Origin: Antedon mediterranea
Taxonomy: Eukaryota > Animalia > Echinodermata
Assembly (NCBI RefSeq): GCF_964355755.1
Contig: NC_092680.1
Coordinates: 1,302,001 to 1,366,000, forward strand
Direction of reading: 5' to 3'
Length of the DNA: 64,000 nucleotides
Shown here: one piece after another, positions 60,633 to 64,000 of the stretch
How the letters are laid out: the number at the start of each line of letters is the position of its first letter
How positions within the stretch are numbered: position 1 is the stretch's first letter
Notes under the pieces: model-generated
What the model saw: only the letters and a program-made list of their open reading frames with translations
Told to the model about the DNA's origin: nothing
The model's database searches: none
Made by a program: the position numbers and the translations under genes

Positions 60633-61615
60633 GTCTAAACTACCTAGGCCTAGTATATGCCTAGGCCCTAGTAGAGGCTAGTACCTTACCTTACACTAGC
60701 TCCGTGATGCGAGTAAGCCAACAAGAAGTCGTTTCACCCAGATTTTTAATACATTGAAATTACAGGATTGTATTTAATAGTCCTAACAACAATGCTTATA
60801 ATTACATACCTGTATATACAGTAGGCCTAGTACAACTACATCACGGTCACCTTTACTTTATTTATAATTTATGTACTACTACTACAAAGTAAAGTAAGAA
60901 TAAATATTTAGGACCAGGCCTAAGTTATAAATTTAATTCATTTATCGTTTTAAAGGCACAATTTATCGTCATGGAATTGCAAAATTCTAGATCACCATCA
61001 TGCTGCTATGTGCGTTAAAACACACATGGTGTTATACCAGCAGCAGTGGGCAGAAGTCGAGCATTGTTTTTTGTCAACAAAATAGTCGCAGTGCGAACGG
61101 TGTCAGTCAGACTAGCCTAGGCCTAGAAATAAAATGATTTTGTTAATTACCAAACATCATCTAGTTTTACCACAGCCTAGTTCGAGATAAATATCTATCA
61201 GTATACAGTAAATCCTGTCGTAATACATATCTATTTTGCGTTTTAATGTTAGGCCTAATAGTCTAGTGCATTGTTTAGTACTGTAGCGATCATGGTTGCT
61301 GTGCAGGTACTTGACAATGAACAGGTATCGGTATTGACACTGAGTGTGCTAACAGCTACAGAATCGGGTGTATTTTCCCGATTTTTGATACAAATCTAAC
61401 AGGATTTTGAAAATTTAGTAGGCTTATATATTTGGTAATGTACTACTAGTATGAAATTTCAAGATCGGTGAAGATATTCTGTTAAGATTGATGTTTTTTA
61501 TTCAGTCTCTGTGTCATTAAAAGCTAGCCCGAACTGTCATTGGGATCACCGTTTGTCCAACCTGTGTGAGCCCATTGTTTGACCGGTAGCGTCCCCTTGA
61601 AATTGGCGCGTAGTG

Positions 61616-62827
61616 ATGGCGTCATCTGAAAGGGGGCTAGCTGGAACCGAAGACATTCTACAACGAAGTCAATTACATGGCGATCATGATGATAACTCGA
61701 TTGCTAATCATGGTGGTGCTGATGAAGATGATGACACCCAATTTGATCATCATGATTCCACTGGAAAAGGTCCAAATGATGTATTGATTAATGAACTTCT
61801 GTGCTTTATAGTCAATAACATGGGTAGTATGACATTTGATCGGTTACATGCTATTTGTATGGCCAATTTTCCAAATGATGACATAAAGAAGGCCAAGGAG
61901 ATGTTATGCGTCTGTGTAGGTGATCCTGAAAATGCGATTCATAAACCTCGACGCAAAGCTGATGGTATACTAAATGATGTGTTGGGCTATCTCATCCAAT
62001 GTGACCTGTCTAAATTGCCTATTTTTGCTGCAGCAAACCTTAATAAAATACCGGTTGTGCCTGTGGATGCTATTGATGCCCCATTGATTTTCAGAGAACT
62101 ACAAAGGTTGAGGACAGAATTCCATTGTGTTAAGGCCGACATAGCCTACGCTACTAACCAGCGATGTAAACTTGCTCAACAAGTGAGGGATGTTATGGAT
62201 TCCCACAAAAAGTTAGCTGATCGTGATTTGCAACCTATTACAAACACTGTAAGTAACAAACTGTTTTCTAACGTAGTAGCAACCAATACCGGCCCAGTTG
62301 CTAATAGTAAGAACAGCAACTCCGCTTCGGTAACACAGTTTGTGAAATCAGCTACCGTACCAGTATTGAAGAGGGGAATTACCCGTCCAGAAGTAAACAA
62401 ACATGACGTAATGACTCATGCGCGTAGGCAAGCTCCGCCTTCCAGTGATCCGGACGCTCGTGATTGGATGGATTGTGATGACGGCTTTCAGTACCCAAGA
62501 CGAAAACGCAAACGGGGTAATTTCAAGCGTGGAACCGGTGTTGATATTGCTTTAAAAGGTAGGGATCCCCCACCTTACAAGATGTATGTAGGAAACCTGA
62601 GTCCTGATACTAAAGCGGACGAAATAAAATCGTATCTAAAAAGAGTAAAGAAAATTGACGTTACTGTGGAAGTGTTGCCTAGTAAGCGTTCTGACTATAC
62701 TTCGTTTATGGTTGAATGCGGTTTTGCACATAAGAACTGTATTAATGAAGCGGAGCTCTGGCCTCAATCTGCTATAATCAGACGGTATTATGAACCGATA
62801 AGGCAAACAATACATCATGATGGATAG
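61616..62827 (+). CDS. LINE ORF1 protein (coiled coil + C-terminal RRM-like domain)
   Basis: 403 aa open frame with INELLCFI..., LPIFAAANLNKIP, a coiled-coil-like stretch, basic RRKRKR, and MYVGNLSPDT..YTSFMV..LWPQSAIIRRYY. It directly precedes ORF2. Confidence 0.85.
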   Translation: MASSERGLAGTEDILQRSQLHGDHDDNSIANHGGADEDDDTQFDHHDSTGKGPNDVLINELLCFIVNNMGSMTFDRLHAICMANFPNDDIKKAKEMLCVCVGDPENAIHKPRRKADGILNDVLGYLIQCDLSKLPIFAAANLNKIPVVPVDAIDAPLIFRELQRLRTEFHCVKADIAYATNQRCKLAQQVRDVMDSHKKLADRDLQPITNTVSNKLFSNVVATNTGPVANSKNSNSASVTQFVKSATVPVLKRGITRPEVNKHDVMTHARRQAPPSSDPDARDWMDCDDGFQYPRRKRKRGNFKRGTGVDIALKGRDPPPYKMYVGNLSPDTKADEIKSYLKRVKKIDVTVEVLPSKRSDYTSFMVECGFAHKNCINEAELWPQSAIIRRYYEPIRQTIHHDG

Positions 62828-64000
62828 TGAATCTAAAATTAATTGTAGTAAACTGAAATGTGTTTCTTTTAACTGTAGGTCATTTAAATCTCGCAAAAAC
62901 GAAATTTATGATCTTTGCATGAGTAATGATATTATTGCCATTCAGGAGCATTGGCTGCTTGATGACGAGTTACCTATATTAAAATCATTACATGAAGAGT
63001 TTGATTGTTTTGGGATATCGTCTGTTAAGAGTTCCGATGGCTTACTTGAAGGACGCCCCTATGGAGGCATTGCCATATTTTATAGAAAATGTTTGCACGA
63101 CTACATCAAAACAGTTAATTACAACGACAATAGGATTATTGGTTTGGAACTAGGAAGTGGTAATGATATTACACTCCTTATCAATGTATATCTTCCTTAT
63201 GAGTGCGATGAGCACTTCGCTGAATTTGTTGACTACCTGGGTACAATTCAATCTATAATTAGTGATTTCCATGGTGATAAAGTTATTGTATGTGGTGATT
63301 TTAATGCTGATCACAAAAAAAGATTTGGTGCTGAATTGTTAAATTTTACATCCGAGTGCGACTTAATTTTAACTGATTTAAATCTATTAGGACAGCACTC
63401 TGATAACTTTACTTATATCAGTGATGCTTTTGCTACAACGAGTTGGCTTGATCATGTCCTGTCTACCAACGGAGCTAATGCTCGGATAAAAGAGCTTTCC
63501 ATACGTTATGACATGATCGGTTCGGATCATTTTCCACTTTGCTTTGTTTATGATTTTTCTTTTGAAATTGAACATGAAAAAGATGACCAAAAGAATTATA
63601 CAAGCAATATAAATTGGCAGAAGGTTACTCATCAGGAAATTTACAACTATCAGGAGCGTACTGAATTGCTGCTTAATGATGTTGTTATTCCTCCTTCAGT
63701 ATGTTCATGCAATGATGTAAATTGTGGTGACACTAAACATTTTGATGATATTGATACTTTGTATAATAATATAATTTCTTGTCTTAATCAAGCTGCTAAT
63801 CATTCATTTGTTTCGCATGAAAGTAAATCTTTTAACGTTGTTCCCGGTTGGAACGACTATGTTTCGGAAGCTCATGATATAGCTAGGGAAGCTTTCTTGT
63901 TGTGGAAATGTAATGGGAAACCTAGACATGGTCCTTTATTTGATACCATGAAAGTTGCTAGATCTCGTTTTAAACTGACTCTTCGGAACTGCAGACAGAA
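62817..64000 (+). CDS. LINE ORF2, apurinic-like endonuclease domain (truncated by window edge)
   Basis: Manually translated with no stop to the window end: VSFNCRS, DIIAIQEHWL, GRPYGGIAIFYRK, LINVYLP, VCGDFNA, FTY..TSWLDHVL, GSDHFPL, VPGWND. It is absent from the ORF track because it has no stop. Confidence 0.9.
   Translation, partial: MMDSESKINCSKLKCVSFNCRSFKSRKNEIYDLCMSNDIIAIQEHWLLDDELPILKSLHEEFDCFGISSVKSSDGLLEGRPYGGIAIFYRKCLHDYIKTVNYNDNRIIGLELGSGNDITLLINVYLPYECDEHFAEFVDYLGTIQSIISDFHGDKVIVCGDFNADHKKRFGAELLNFTSECDLILTDLNLLGQHSDNFTYISDAFATTSWLDHVLSTNGANARIKELSIRYDMIGSDHFPLCFVYDFSFEIEHEKDDQKNYTSNINWQKVTHQEIYNYQERTELLLNDVVIPPSVCSCNDVNCGDTKHFDDIDTLYNNIISCLNQAANHSFVSHESKSFNVVPGWNDYVSEAHDIAREAFLLWKCNGKPRHGPLFDTMKVARSRFKLTLRNCRQ

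Larger units (their letters stand above)
61290..64000 (+). mobile_element. Non-LTR retrotransposon (LINE, APE-type; RTEX-like), 5' portion
   Basis: 5' UTR (start approximate), ORF1, and an overlapping ORF2 with an APE endonuclease. The clade assignment comes from recalled motif style (QEHWL, GRPYGG, W..GKPR.G) and is tentative. Confidence 0.85.

Overview
AT-rich, intron-containing animal genomic DNA. The gene set and repeat landscape suggest a marine invertebrate, possibly an echinoderm (inference only). Genes read by splicing: the 3' end of an SLC2A10/12-like sugar transporter (+), PARP16 (+), ARMC6 (-), two divergently transcribed DEG/ENaC channel paralogues plus an extra intact copy of the last two exons of the second one, a 26-finger C2H2 zinc-finger gene (+), and a probable non-coding first exon near 59.8-60.0 kb. 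Mobile DNA is dense. It includes a ~12 kb stacked/tandem array of non-autonomous Helentron-like units, a 3.7 kb fold-back Academ(X)-type element built from two inverted 3' halves, a Penelope-type segment with a minimal hammerhead ribozyme, tRNA-derived SINEs, many MITEs (several nested), minisatellites, and an apparently intact LINE (ORF1 plus APE-type ORF2) running off the right edge. The most notable observations are the duplicated DEG/ENaC terminal exons (with an amplified in-frame splice donor and an upstream hammerhead), the Helentron head/tail stacking, the palindromic Academ derivative, and TAGGCCTA clusters just inside putative first introns. All coordinates were read by eye and no database searches were run.
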